DNA of 64,000 nucleotides from Acidobacteriota bacterium (GTDB lineage Bacteria > Acidobacteriota > UBA6911 > RPQK01 > JAJDTT01). Shown piece by piece: positions 9,917 to 19,257 of this stretch. The number at the start of each line of letters is the position of its first letter. The stretch's first letter is position 1. The position numbers were made by a program, and so were the translations under genes. The notes beneath the pieces were generated by a model. That model was not told the DNA's origin, did no database searches, and saw only the letters and a list, made by a program, of their open reading frames with translations. The stretch spans positions 5,120,001 to 5,184,000 of the forward strand of contig OZ242374.1 in the NCBI GenBank assembly GCA_965209055.1. The letters are read 5' to 3'.

Positions 9917-12248
9917 TACGCTTGTTGAACTCGAATCCAGGGTACTCCACCCGATGGTGATACATTCCCCTGAGGACCCGTTCGAAGGCGTTGCCGATCC
10001 GGCCCAGCTCCTTGATGGTGACGTCGCACTCGTCGAACTGTCCGTCCTCGACGGTGGCCTGGGTCAAACGTTGGATCATGCTCCGGATCTGTCCCGGCCC
10101 CGGATCTTCCAGGGTGCGCGACGCCGCCTCCACCTGGTCGGCCAGCATGAGGATCGCCGCCTCTCGACTCTGCGGTTTGGGGCCGGGATAGCGGAACTCA
10201 CTCTCGCTGACCTCCATGCCCTTTGTCCGGGCGGCCTCCTTGGCCTTCTCGTAGAAATACTTCATCACCCGCGTCCCATGGTGCTGCGGTATCAGGTCCC
10301 GGACCTTGGGAAGCAACTTGATTTCGTCGGCAATGGCAAGCCCGTCCTTCACGTGACTGCCCAGGATGAGGCTGGACATGCTCGGAGTCAGGTTTTCGTG
10401 CTTGTTGCCGCTGTAGATCTGGTTCTCGACGTAGTATTCGGGCGCCTTGAGCTTGCCGATGTCGTGGTAATAGGCACCCACCCGCACCAGGAGATTGCTG
10501 GCTCCGATGGCTTCGGCTCCAGCCTCGGCCAAGGTCCCGACGCTGATGCTGTGGTGATAGGTCCCCGGAGCTTCCAGGGCCATCCGCCGCAGGACGGGGT
10601 TGTTCAGATTCGAGAGCTCGAGCAGGCGGACGTCGGTGGTGATCCGGAAAAAGGACTCCAATATCGGGAGCAGCAGGGACGCCAACATGGCGGCCAGGAA
10701 TCCACTCGCGAGCCCGCTGGCCGATCGCAGGCCAAAGAGCAACCAATCGAACCGCGCTTCCATCGAAAAAAGCTGATAGCCCAAGGCGATCGCCACGTTG
10801 ACCAATCCGATGATCAGACCGGCCCGGGTGACGACCGAGCGCTCCCGATACTGGTCCAGGGCATAGACGGCCGCCAGCGAACCGGCCAGGGTATAGGTGA
10901 CCATGAGACCTTCGCCCGTCATCAGTCCGGCGAAGACGGCAAACGTCAAGGCGTAGAAGACGGTCAGTGGGACGTTCGTCAGCAAGACGGCGATGATGGC
11001 GCCGGCCGCCGTGGGCACCACCAGGTAGAAATCCACCGGATTCTGGAATCTCTCGTCTCCGATCCCCTCCACCACGAAGTCCGCCAAGACCACGAAGACC
11101 TTGCAGACCACCAGCGTGCAGATGAGCACCAGCGACAACAGGACATGGTATCTGGGGGCCTCCGCCTTCTTCCCTCTCGCCATGACGGCATAGTGTCCCA
11201 GAGCGAACAGGAAGAACCCGGCCAGGATCAGGACCCCGAAGAACTTGCCCGCAACCCGGCGCGGCTGCTTGATGCTCTTGAGACCGCTGAGCAACAGGAG
11301 TTCATCGGGGCCGACCTCGTCGCCGCTCCGGACGAGGGTACGGCCCTTGCGGACCTGAATCAGAGCCTGATCCACTTCTTCCGACGCCAGGTTCTCCAAG
11401 TCCCGGGTGGCCCTCTCGTTGAAGCTGACATTGGGAACGACCCACGTGTCCAGGAAGCTGATGACCCGCTTCTTGGACACTCGGCCCACTGCCGTCAGCT
11501 CGTATTCGTTCTGCCGCAGGACGTCCCGAGCCTGCCCCAGGTCCCGAATCGCGATCCAATCGTCCAACGGTTCCTGCCGGCCGGTGATGGCATTCTGGAG
11601 AATGATTCCCCGGTCCCGATAGAGCAGGAGAATCTGGCGATTGAGAATGACCCCGGGAGATTTCATCGATTCCCGCAGCACGGCCAGCATCTGGTTTTCC
11701 AGTTCGGAGGAGAAGCCCTGCGCGAGGCAGATCTCCAGCACCTTCCCCTGGGCAAACCGCGGGAGGGCGTGGCTCAACTCGGAGAGCAGCTCGGCTTTCG
11801 CCCTTTTGGGAAAAGACCGCTTCTCCCCCAGTTGGTACCGGGTCCGAACCGCCGAGATAATTTGCCGGGCATCGGCAAAGGCGCTCTTCAACTCCGATTC
11901 CAGACGGTGGTTGACGGAGAGATCCAGATCGAAGACACCCGGGACACCCTGGATGATCTCCCGCTTCTTCTCATCGGTCTCCTCCACGTCCACTACCTGG
12001 AAGTCGCGGGGCGCTTCGATGGTCCGATCCGCAATGTCGCCCAATTGGTAGTCGGGAATGGATTGAAACTGAAAACCGGCCAGGACAGCGGCGACCACGA
12101 CCGAGAGGACCAGTCCGACCACCAGTTGCCGCGTCGTCAACTGGCCAAATATGCTCTGGCGCCAATGGGTGAGGCCGAGAAACCGCCTCGCCAGCGCACT
12201 TCTCTGGCTGGACCCGCCGACCCTTTTCGGACTGTTTCTATATTCCAT
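9879..12248 (-). CDS. 7TM-HD phosphohydrolase (PgpH-like HDIG)
   Basis: Extracellular 7TMR-HD region, TM helices, APGTYHHS, YYHDIGK, QHHGT, YPGPKPQ, MLADQVEAA. Confidence 0.9.
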   Translation of the reverse strand: MEYRNSPKRVGGSSQRSALARRFLGLTHWRQSIFGQLTTRQLVVGLVLSVVVAAVLAGFQFQSIPDYQLGDIADRTIEAPRDFQVVDVEETDEKKREIIQGVPGVFDLDLSVNHRLESELKSAFADARQIISAVRTRYQLGEKRSFPKRAKAELLSELSHALPRFAQGKVLEICLAQGFSSELENQMLAVLRESMKSPGVILNRQILLLYRDRGIILQNAITGRQEPLDDWIAIRDLGQARDVLRQNEYELTAVGRVSKKRVISFLDTWVVPNVSFNERATRDLENLASEEVDQALIQVRKGRTLVRSGDEVGPDELLLLSGLKSIKQPRRVAGKFFGVLILAGFFLFALGHYAVMARGKKAEAPRYHVLLSLVLICTLVVCKVFVVLADFVVEGIGDERFQNPVDFYLVVPTAAGAIIAVLLTNVPLTVFYALTFAVFAGLMTGEGLMVTYTLAGSLAAVYALDQYRERSVVTRAGLIIGLVNVAIALGYQLFSMEARFDWLLFGLRSASGLASGFLAAMLASLLLPILESFFRITTDVRLLELSNLNNPVLRRMALEAPGTYHHSISVGTLAEAGAEAIGASNLLVRVGAYYHDIGKLKAPEYYVENQIYSGNKHENLTPSMSSLILGSHVKDGLAIADEIKLLPKVRDLIPQHHGTRVMKYFYEKAKEAARTKGMEVSESEFRYPGPKPQSREAAILMLADQVEAASRTLEDPGPGQIRSMIQRLTQATVEDGQFDECDVTIKELGRIGNAFERVLRGMYHHRVEYPGFEFNKRIEEEQLPHPRIQ

Positions 12249-12323
12249 GGAAGAGTCCGGGAACGGTCGTATCTCCCCAAGCCGGCCTTCTCATCCGGCA
12301 AATTTCCTCAAGTACAGGCCGAA

Positions 12324-13565
12324 TCAAGGAACGTGGCGCTTGAACAAGAGGCAGGCATTGGTTCCCCCAAACCCAAAGGAGTTGGACATAGCATACCGAA
12401 TATCCGCCTTCCGTGCCTGGTGGGGAACATAATCCAGGTCGCAGTCCGGGTCGGGAGTTTCCAGGTTGATAGTAGGAGGAATGACCTGGTCCTTCAGGGT
12501 CTGCACCGCAACGCCCCCTTCCAATCCGCCGGCCGCTCCCAGCAGATGGCCGGTCATGGATTTGGTGGCGCTGACAGCCAGCTTGCGGGCATGATCCCCA
12601 AAGACCGTCTTGATCGCCAGAGTCTCGATCCGATCGTTTGGAGGGGTACTGGTTCCGTGGGCATTGATGTAGTCCACCTCTTCGGGAGAAACCTGGGCAT
12701 CTTCCAAGGTCTTCCTCATGGCCCGGACAGCACCCGCGCCATCTTCCGGAGGAGACGTGATGTGGTGAGCGTCGCCGCTCATGCCGTAACCCACGACTTC
12801 AGCCAGGATTTCAGCTCCCCGCTTGCGGGCCTGTTCCAATTCCTCCAGAACCAGGATTCCCGCCCCTTCGCCCATGACGAATCCATCCCGGTTCCGGTCA
12901 AAGGGGCGGCTGGCCTTCTCCGGAGCGTCATTTCGCTTCGAAAGGGCTCTCATGGCGGAGAAGCCTCCCATGCCCATGGGGGTGATGGCGGCTTCTGTGC
13001 CTCCGGCAATCATGGCGTCGGTTTCACCGCGCTGGATCATGCGGAAGGAGTCCCCCAGCGCGTGGGAGCCGGCTGAACAGGCGGTGCAGGTGGCGGAATT
13101 GGGTCCCATGGCGCCGATCCGGATGGACACTTGACCCGCCGCCAGATTCACGATGGTCGAGGGAATGAAGAAGGGGGAAATCCGCCGCGGCCCCCGGGCC
13201 AGAAAATTGTTGTGCTCGCGTTCGATGATGCCGAATCCGCCGATGCCCGATCCGATGTAGACGCCGACTCGCTCGCCGTTTTCGGGCGTGATCCGGAGTC
13301 CCGAAACATCTACGGCATAGTCACTGGCCGAAATGGCGTATTGAATGAAGAGGTCCATCTTCCGGACCTCCTTGCGGCTCAGGTAAAGGAGGGGATCGAA
13401 ACCCTTGACTTCGGCGGCAATCTTGGTGGGAAACTTGGAAGTGTCGAATCGGGTGACGTATCCGACACCGCTCCTGCCGTGTAGCAGCGCCTCCCAGGTT
13501 TCGCGCGTGTCCAAACCGACGGGCGAAACCATGCCCACGCCCGTTACCGCGACCCTTCTCTTCAA
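12324..13565 (-). CDS. fabF: Beta-ketoacyl-ACP synthase II
   Basis: TACSAG, YINAHGTST, KSMTGHLLGAAG, SNSFGFGGTN. Confidence 0.96.
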   Translation of the reverse strand: MKRRVAVTGVGMVSPVGLDTRETWEALLHGRSGVGYVTRFDTSKFPTKIAAEVKGFDPLLYLSRKEVRKMDLFIQYAISASDYAVDVSGLRITPENGERVGVYIGSGIGGFGIIEREHNNFLARGPRRISPFFIPSTIVNLAAGQVSIRIGAMGPNSATCTACSAGSHALGDSFRMIQRGETDAMIAGGTEAAITPMGMGGFSAMRALSKRNDAPEKASRPFDRNRDGFVMGEGAGILVLEELEQARKRGAEILAEVVGYGMSGDAHHITSPPEDGAGAVRAMRKTLEDAQVSPEEVDYINAHGTSTPPNDRIETLAIKTVFGDHARKLAVSATKSMTGHLLGAAGGLEGGVAVQTLKDQVIPPTINLETPDPDCDLDYVPHQARKADIRYAMSNSFGFGGTNACLLFKRHVP

Positions 13566-13614
13566 GATGCCGTCGCTCCCGAAGTCCCCGGTGGGGCTTC
13601 GCGTTAAATTGGAA

Positions 13615-13851
13615 TCACTTCTGCTGAGCGTCGATATAGTCTATGGCGTCACGGACGGTTCGGATCTTTTCCGCGTCTTCATCGGGTATCTCCAGTTCGA
13701 AGTCCTCTTCGAACTTCATGACCAACTCCACCGTGTCCAGCGAGTCGGCGCCCAGATCCTCAATGAAGCGGGCGTCGGCGCTCACGTCCGAATCGTTGAC
13801 TCCAAGCTGGTCCACAATGATCGCTTTCACTTGCTCCTCGACCGATGACAT
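13615..13851 (-). CDS. acpP: Acyl carrier protein
   Basis: [14 protein letters not shown]; ATG 13851 with GGAGGA RBS. Confidence 0.96.
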   Translation of the reverse strand: MSSVEEQVKAIIVDQLGVNDSDVSADARFIEDLGADSLDTVELVMKFEEDFELEIPDEDAEKIRTVRDAIDYIDAQQK

Positions 13852-13988
13852 GGCTCCTCCAATCGTGTTTCCGATAATGATCGATACCGCGTTATCCACG
13901 ACCGATGACCTGGTTCCTCCACCAAGTTATTCATGGGGACCGGTGGCACCGGGCCCGCGCCGTATGAGGCTCGCGAACGCGGGGTGAA

Positions 13989-14732
13989 CTACATATACAT
14001 GCCGCCGTTTACGTTTAGCACATGCCCCGTTACATATCCAGCGTCCCTTGAAGCCAGAAACTGCACTCCGTAAGCCACTTCTCCGACGGTTCCGGGCCGC
14101 CGCAGGGGGATGGTGGCTTCCAGTCCGGAACGGGCTCGGGAAGGGAGGCTGCGAGTCATATCGGTGTCGATGAATCCCGGGGAAACGGCATTCACAGTGA
14201 TGTTTCGCGCGGCAACCTCCCTGGCCAACGCCTTGGTGAAACCGATGATTCCCGCTTTGCTGGAGACGTAGTTGATCTGACCCGGGTTTCCGGTCTGCCC
14301 CACCACGGAGGTCAGGTTTACGATTCTGCCGTAACGCTGCCTGATCATGCTCCGGACGACCGCCCGGGTGACCCGAAAGACGCCGTCCAGGTTGGTGTTG
14401 AGAACCTGGCGCCAATCCTCCTCCGACATTCGGAGCAACAGCTTGTCCCGGACGATTGCGGCGTTGTTCACCAGAATATCGATCCTTCCGAACTCGTCCA
14501 GCACCCGCTTCACCCCCTCCTGAACGGAGGAAGGCGACGAGATATCCATGGCGACCCCCAGCGTGGGCTGGCCCGACTCCCCAACAGTGGCCGCCACACT
14601 CTCGATTTCCGCCTGCGTCCGGGAAACGAGGGCGACGCTTGCCCCGTGGTTCGAAAGGTCCTCCGCGACGCGGCGGCCGATGCCGCGCGAGGCTCCTGTC
14701 ACCAGTGCGACCTGCCCGGAAAAATCAAACAT
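13989..14732 (-). CDS. fabG: 3-oxoacyl-ACP reductase
   Basis: TGASRGIG, NNA, YVSSKAG, NGGMYM; position in the fab operon. Confidence 0.95.
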   Translation of the reverse strand: MFDFSGQVALVTGASRGIGRRVAEDLSNHGASVALVSRTQAEIESVAATVGESGQPTLGVAMDISSPSSVQEGVKRVLDEFGRIDILVNNAAIVRDKLLLRMSEEDWRQVLNTNLDGVFRVTRAVVRSMIRQRYGRIVNLTSVVGQTGNPGQINYVSSKAGIIGFTKALAREVAARNITVNAVSPGFIDTDMTRSLPSRARSGLEATIPLRRPGTVGEVAYGVQFLASRDAGYVTGHVLNVNGGMYM

Positions 14733-15639
14733 AGGCCTCCACCTCGGCACGGTTCCCGATCCACATCGCCTCGGCGTCGGGCACGATCTGCCGTATCAGA
14801 CGGCTCAGCACCCGGCCCGGCCCGACCTCGACGAACGTCCGGGCGCCCATTTCCCAGAGCGCCTCCACCGAGCGGCGCCATTGGACGGGGGCGGTCACCT
14901 GGCGAATCAGGCCGTCCCGCGCCTCGGCGCCAGCAGTAACGGCCCGTCCATCAACGTTATTGATCAGAGGACAGGCCAGGTCTGCAAACCGGGTCTCCTC
15001 GAGTATCGGCTTCAGGCGTTGCCGGGCCGGCTCCATCAGAGCACAATGAAACGGAGCGCTCACCGGCAACCGCAGCGCCCGCCGGGCGCCCCGCGACCGC
15101 GCCAGCCGGCAGGCACGATCCACGGCGGCGCGGTGCCCCGCAATGACGACCTGCTGAGGAGAGTTGAGGTTCGCGGCAGAGACCACCTGGCCCTGCGCGG
15201 CTTCGCGGCAGACTTCCTCCAGGGGGCCGGCGTCCAGCCCCAGAATCGCAGCCATGCTTCCCTTTCCCACCGGGACCGCCTCCTGCATGAACCGGCCGCG
15301 CCGGCGCACCAGGCGAACGGCATCGGTGAACTCCAAGGCCCCGGCCGCAACCAGCGCGGAATACTCTCCCAAACTGTGACCCGCGACAAAATCGGGCCGG
15401 CGTCCCCGCTCGCCCAACGCCCTCAGGAGAGCAACCGACGTGCTCAGAATCGCTGGCTGGGTATTGGCGGTCAGCGCCAGATCCTGGCGGCTGCCCCGGT
15501 GGCAGATTTCGCTGAGGCCGAATCCCAACGCGGCGTCGGCCTGAGCGAAGACCTCCCGGGCCGCCGGATAGGCTTCAGCCACGTCCAGGCCCATTCCGGG
15601 GGCCTGGGACCCCTGACCCGGAAACACGAAAGCGATCAT
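14725..15639 (-). CDS. fabD: Malonyl-CoA:ACP transacylase
   Basis: FPGQGSQ, GHSLGEY, VSAPFHC. Confidence 0.95.
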   Translation of the reverse strand: MIAFVFPGQGSQAPGMGLDVAEAYPAAREVFAQADAALGFGLSEICHRGSRQDLALTANTQPAILSTSVALLRALGERGRRPDFVAGHSLGEYSALVAAGALEFTDAVRLVRRRGRFMQEAVPVGKGSMAAILGLDAGPLEEVCREAAQGQVVSAANLNSPQQVVIAGHRAAVDRACRLARSRGARRALRLPVSAPFHCALMEPARQRLKPILEETRFADLACPLINNVDGRAVTAGAEARDGLIRQVTAPVQWRRSVEALWEMGARTFVEVGPGRVLSRLIRQIVPDAEAMWIGNRAEVEAYV

Positions 15640-15686
15640 GAAACCTCAAGACGGGAAGCCGGACGGCAACGCGGCGCCACGGCCGG

Positions 15687-15869
15687 CTACGCCTCCCCCG
15701 CCTTGATGACCTGCCGCCCCTTGTAATATCCGCACTCGGGACAGACGCGATGGGGAAGCACGGTGCTGCCGCATTGGCTGCAGGTGGCCAGACTGGGGGC
15801 CGTCAGGAAATCGTGAGATCTCCTTCGTCCCCTGCGGGCCCTGGAATGTCGTCTCTTGGGATTGGCCAC
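15687..15869 (-). CDS. rpmF: 50S ribosomal protein L32 (zinc-binding form)
   Basis: GTG-ANPKRRHS, CSQC, PHRVCPECGYYKG. Confidence 0.95.
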   Translation of the reverse strand: MANPKRRHSRARRGRRRSHDFLTAPSLATCSQCGSTVLPHRVCPECGYYKGRQVIKAGEA

Positions 15870-15938
15870 AGTCTTGTCCTCTGGCGGGCCCGGGCGCTCC
15901 ACCCGCGATTCACGCGGCGGAGGTCCCGTTCCGGCCTT

Positions 15939-16481
15939 TCACTGTTTGCGGTTCATCTTGAGCTTAAGATCGGCCAGCATGGCCAGCCGGGGATCCAGGG
16001 GACGCCCGGAACAGGAACAGGGCCCTTCGTTCAGATCCTGCCCGCACTGGTCGCACAGGCCCTCGCAGCTCTCCTTGCATACGGGCTTCATGGGGAGTTC
16101 CAGGACGATCTGCTCGCCCACCGAAGCACCCACGTCCAATTGCTCGTTCCGGTAGAACCCAACCGTCAACTCTCCAAACTCGAGCTCGATTTCCTCCCCT
16201 TCCCGGCTGACCTCCGGGTCCGGGTGGTACTCCAAGTCGAACTCCTTGTTCAGGGACCAGTCGACGGGCTTGAGGCAGCGGCTGCAGGAGACCTGCAGAT
16301 CGGCCTTCACGGCGCCCGCGACCCGAACGGCGTCGCCGGCGACCGCCAGACTGACCTGGGCCCGGGCCGGGCGGTTCATATTGCAGACCGACGGACCCAA
16401 AGCCAAGTCCCGGTTGGTGATCGCCAAGTCCAGCGACCGGGGCTCTCCTGTCTTTTTCAGCCGCCCGATGTCCACCACCAT
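15939..16481 (-). CDS. yceD: YceD/DUF177 protein
   Basis: CSRCL, LELPMKPVCKESCEGLCDQCGQDLN, DPR; upstream of rpmF. Confidence 0.9.
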   Translation of the reverse strand: MVVDIGRLKKTGEPRSLDLAITNRDLALGPSVCNMNRPARAQVSLAVAGDAVRVAGAVKADLQVSCSRCLKPVDWSLNKEFDLEYHPDPEVSREGEEIELEFGELTVGFYRNEQLDVGASVGEQIVLELPMKPVCKESCEGLCDQCGQDLNEGPCSCSGRPLDPRLAMLADLKLKMNRKQ

Positions 16482-16519
16482 TTCCTGTCCCCAAAACGAA
16501 GATTGGAATGAAGTTTGGG

Positions 16520-16549
16520 AATCTACTCCAAAAACCGCCTTCTTGTCAA
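16520..16549 (-). promoter_or_regulatory. Sigma70-type promoter of the yceD-rpmF-fab operon
   Basis: TTGACA-18 nt-TAGATT on the minus strand, about 40 nt upstream of the yceD start. Confidence 0.65.
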
Positions 16550-16602
16550 GGGGAACCGATCCCGAATAAAAGGCTCAACCCTTTTCTTTTCAATATGTTC
16601 CG

Positions 16603-17736
16603 CTATCCCGCATGACTGGAGATCCGGCCCCGGATCTTGCGGGCGAAGGAATCCGTCATGCCCGCGATGTAGTCGCAGACGACTCGCTGAACTCCGCGCT
16701 CCCCGATCCGGTCGAAATGGGGCGGAGGCAGTTTTGCCGGATCTTCCTCATAGTAACGGAAGAGATCGGCGATCAGCGCCTTGGCGCGCCGCCGGGGACG
16801 CTCCAAGTCGGGATGGTGATAAAGATTGTCGCGCAGAAAGCCCTTGAGCTGCCGGCTGAGACCGCCGATCTCCGGGCCGAACCGGACCACCCGGCTCGGA
16901 AATCTCCGGACGGCTTCCACCGAATCGAGCGCCTCCGTGCGGATCCGGTCACGAGTGGCCCGAACCAGATCCGTCACCAGCACGTCGATCAGCCGGCGAA
17001 TGGCCTCGCTGACCAGAATTCCCTCGGAAGATCCGGGGAAATTCTCCTCGATCCGCAGGTACAGGCGCCGAAAGAGAGCCGATCCCTCCATCATCTGGTC
17101 AAGAGTGATCAGCCCGGACCCGTAGCCGTCGTCCAGGTCCGCAGTGTTGTAGGCCACCTCGTCGGCCAGATCGATCAATTGGGCCTCCAGGGGCGGGCGC
17201 TCCCCTTTTCGATAACCATCGATGTCCACGTAGGGTTGGTCGCCGGGAGCGTAGTCGCGGCTGTGCTTCACGATCCCCTCGCGAACCTCGAACGTCAGGT
17301 TCAAACCCGGGAAGCGAGCGTAGCGCTCTTCGAAATCTTCGACGATCCGCAAGGCATGGAGGTTGTGCTCGAACCCCGAACCGTGCGACCTCATGATACG
17401 GTCCAGAACCTCCTCTCCGGCGTGGCTGAACGGCGGGTGGCCGATGTCGTGACTCAGCGCCAGGACCTCGCAAAGATCGTTGTTCAGGCAGAGAGCGGAG
17501 CTGATGGTGCGCGCGATCTGGCTGACCTCGAGGGTATGGGTCAGCCGATTCCGGAAGTGATCCGAATAGTTGGGGTTGAAGACCTGGGTCTTCTTCTCCA
17601 GCCGGCGAAACGCCTTGGCGTGAACGATGCGGTCCCGGTCCCGCTGGAACGGGTTGCGATAGGGGTGCTCCGGCTCGGCGTAGCGCCGCCCCTCGCTGTC
17701 TTCGACTCTCATGGCGAAAGGCGCCAGGGAAGACAT
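16603..17736 (-). CDS. dgt: Deoxyguanosinetriphosphate triphosphohydrolase (dGTPase-like)
   Basis: FQRDRDRI, KTQVF, RNRLTHTLEV, HDIGHPPFSHAGE, DYIAGMTD. Confidence 0.92.
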   Translation of the reverse strand: MSSLAPFAMRVEDSEGRRYAEPEHPYRNPFQRDRDRIVHAKAFRRLEKKTQVFNPNYSDHFRNRLTHTLEVSQIARTISSALCLNNDLCEVLALSHDIGHPPFSHAGEEVLDRIMRSHGSGFEHNLHALRIVEDFEERYARFPGLNLTFEVREGIVKHSRDYAPGDQPYVDIDGYRKGERPPLEAQLIDLADEVAYNTADLDDGYGSGLITLDQMMEGSALFRRLYLRIEENFPGSSEGILVSEAIRRLIDVLVTDLVRATRDRIRTEALDSVEAVRRFPSRVVRFGPEIGGLSRQLKGFLRDNLYHHPDLERPRRRAKALIADLFRYYEEDPAKLPPPHFDRIGERGVQRVVCDYIAGMTDSFARKIRGRISSHAG

Positions 17737-17963
17737 GCCGGGGATTATAGTCCTTGGGCGAGGAGCGAGGAGCGTGGAATGAGAACTTTCGGAAGCTGGA
17801 GCCCCACCCGGGGCGGGACGCAGACCATCTACCAAGACGACCCCTACCCGTCTCATGTGACCCTGCCGGTCATTTCCGAATGATGCGAATCGGGATGGAA
17901 GCCAGCCTCGATTCGATGGGTTGACCCGCTCCGGAAGGCCGTGGCCGCTTCCCGCGACCGGCG

Positions 17964-19208
17964 CTACAGGCGAGTCAGGCTTTTTCGCAAACTGTCCAGA
18001 AATTGGGCGGCCTCGGCGCCGTCGACCACCCGATGATCCGCCGCCAGCGTGAGGGACATCTGGGACCGGATGCCGATCACACCCTGGTTCACGAAGGGGC
18101 GTTCACGAATCTCGCCGACTGCCAGCAACGCACTCTGGGGCGGATTGATCAGGCCGTTGAACTCACGGATCCCGTACATGCCGAGGTTGCTCAGAGTGAA
18201 GGTCCCTCCGGCAAACTCTTCGGGACGGGTTCTTCCCTTTCGGGCACGATCGACCAGACCGCTCAGTTGTTCGTCGATCTCATCGATGGTCTGGGAGGCG
18301 CAATCACGAAGGACGGGAACCAGCAGGCCTCGATCAGTGGCCACGGCGACATTGATATTCACCTGGCGGTGGATCTCGATGTGATCCCCCTTCCAGGAGG
18401 CATTGAAACGGCGATTGCGCTCCAGCGATTCCGCCAACGCCTTCACCAGGAATGCGGTAATCGAGACGCGCCGGCCCGCCTGCCGCCGTTCTCGTTGCGC
18501 TTTCAACAGGACACCGGCGTCGACGTCCACCGTCAGATGGAACTGGGGGATTGTGGCGCTCTCAATCATTCGCTGAGCCACCACGCGCCTGATCTGCGAG
18601 AGTTCCTCTCGTTCCGCCGCGCCAGGAGGGGCGACTTCCAGTCGCCCGGTCATTTTTTGCGCCACTCGCCCTCGGGAGGTCGGCGACTGGAAGTCGCCGC
18701 TCCGGCCACCAATCCGCCGTTCCACGTCAGCCCGGACGATCCGGCCTCTGGGCCCGGTTCCGCGGATTCCGGCCAGATCGATACCATGCTTGCGGGCCAG
18801 GCGCCGGGCTGCGGGCGCCGCGCGCACGTTGGGCTCGGCCGATAGCCCGGCCGAGCGGGCCCGGCCCCGCGGCACGGCCGGAGCTTCCGGAACGCCTTCG
18901 GCGACGGATCCCACCTTCGCTGGTTCGGCGGGAGTCGGACGCGAGATTGGAGATTCACCGGCGGCAGCCCCGTCCTCGATGACGGCCAGGAGTTGGGCGA
19001 CCGCCACATGACCTTCCAGGACACAGATCTCCCGCAGGATCCCGGTGGCCGGAGCCTCCAGCTCCACCGCCGCCTTTTCGGTCTCGACCAGGACAAGTGA
19101 TTCGCCCGCTTGAACGGCGTCCCCGGTCTGCTTCAGCCACCGAATCACGGTGCCGCCGGCATCGGAGATTCCGTATGCGGGCATTCTGAGTTCGGTCATG
19201 GCCGACAC
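17964..19208 (-). CDS. Dihydrolipoamide acyltransferase (E2)
   Basis: Lipoyl domain ETEKA, E3-binding GTGPRGRI, GGTFTLSNLG, DHRVVDG. Confidence 0.92.
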   Translation of the reverse strand: MSAMTELRMPAYGISDAGGTVIRWLKQTGDAVQAGESLVLVETEKAAVELEAPATGILREICVLEGHVAVAQLLAVIEDGAAAGESPISRPTPAEPAKVGSVAEGVPEAPAVPRGRARSAGLSAEPNVRAAPAARRLARKHGIDLAGIRGTGPRGRIVRADVERRIGGRSGDFQSPTSRGRVAQKMTGRLEVAPPGAAEREELSQIRRVVAQRMIESATIPQFHLTVDVDAGVLLKAQRERRQAGRRVSITAFLVKALAESLERNRRFNASWKGDHIEIHRQVNINVAVATDRGLLVPVLRDCASQTIDEIDEQLSGLVDRARKGRTRPEEFAGGTFTLSNLGMYGIREFNGLINPPQSALLAVGEIRERPFVNQGVIGIRSQMSLTLAADHRVVDGAEAAQFLDSLRKSLTRL

Positions 19209-19257
19209 CCCAAGCCGAGCGGCGTTCCTGATTTCAAACCGATTGCACCATGGCGGC

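Noticed and set aside
9882-13076. Very long antisense or alternate-frame ORFs (also 52349-55726, 60518-63586, 23638-25830, 37818-39950)
   Set aside because: Shadow ORFs typical of high-GC codon usage, overlapping well-supported genes and lacking recognisable motifs.
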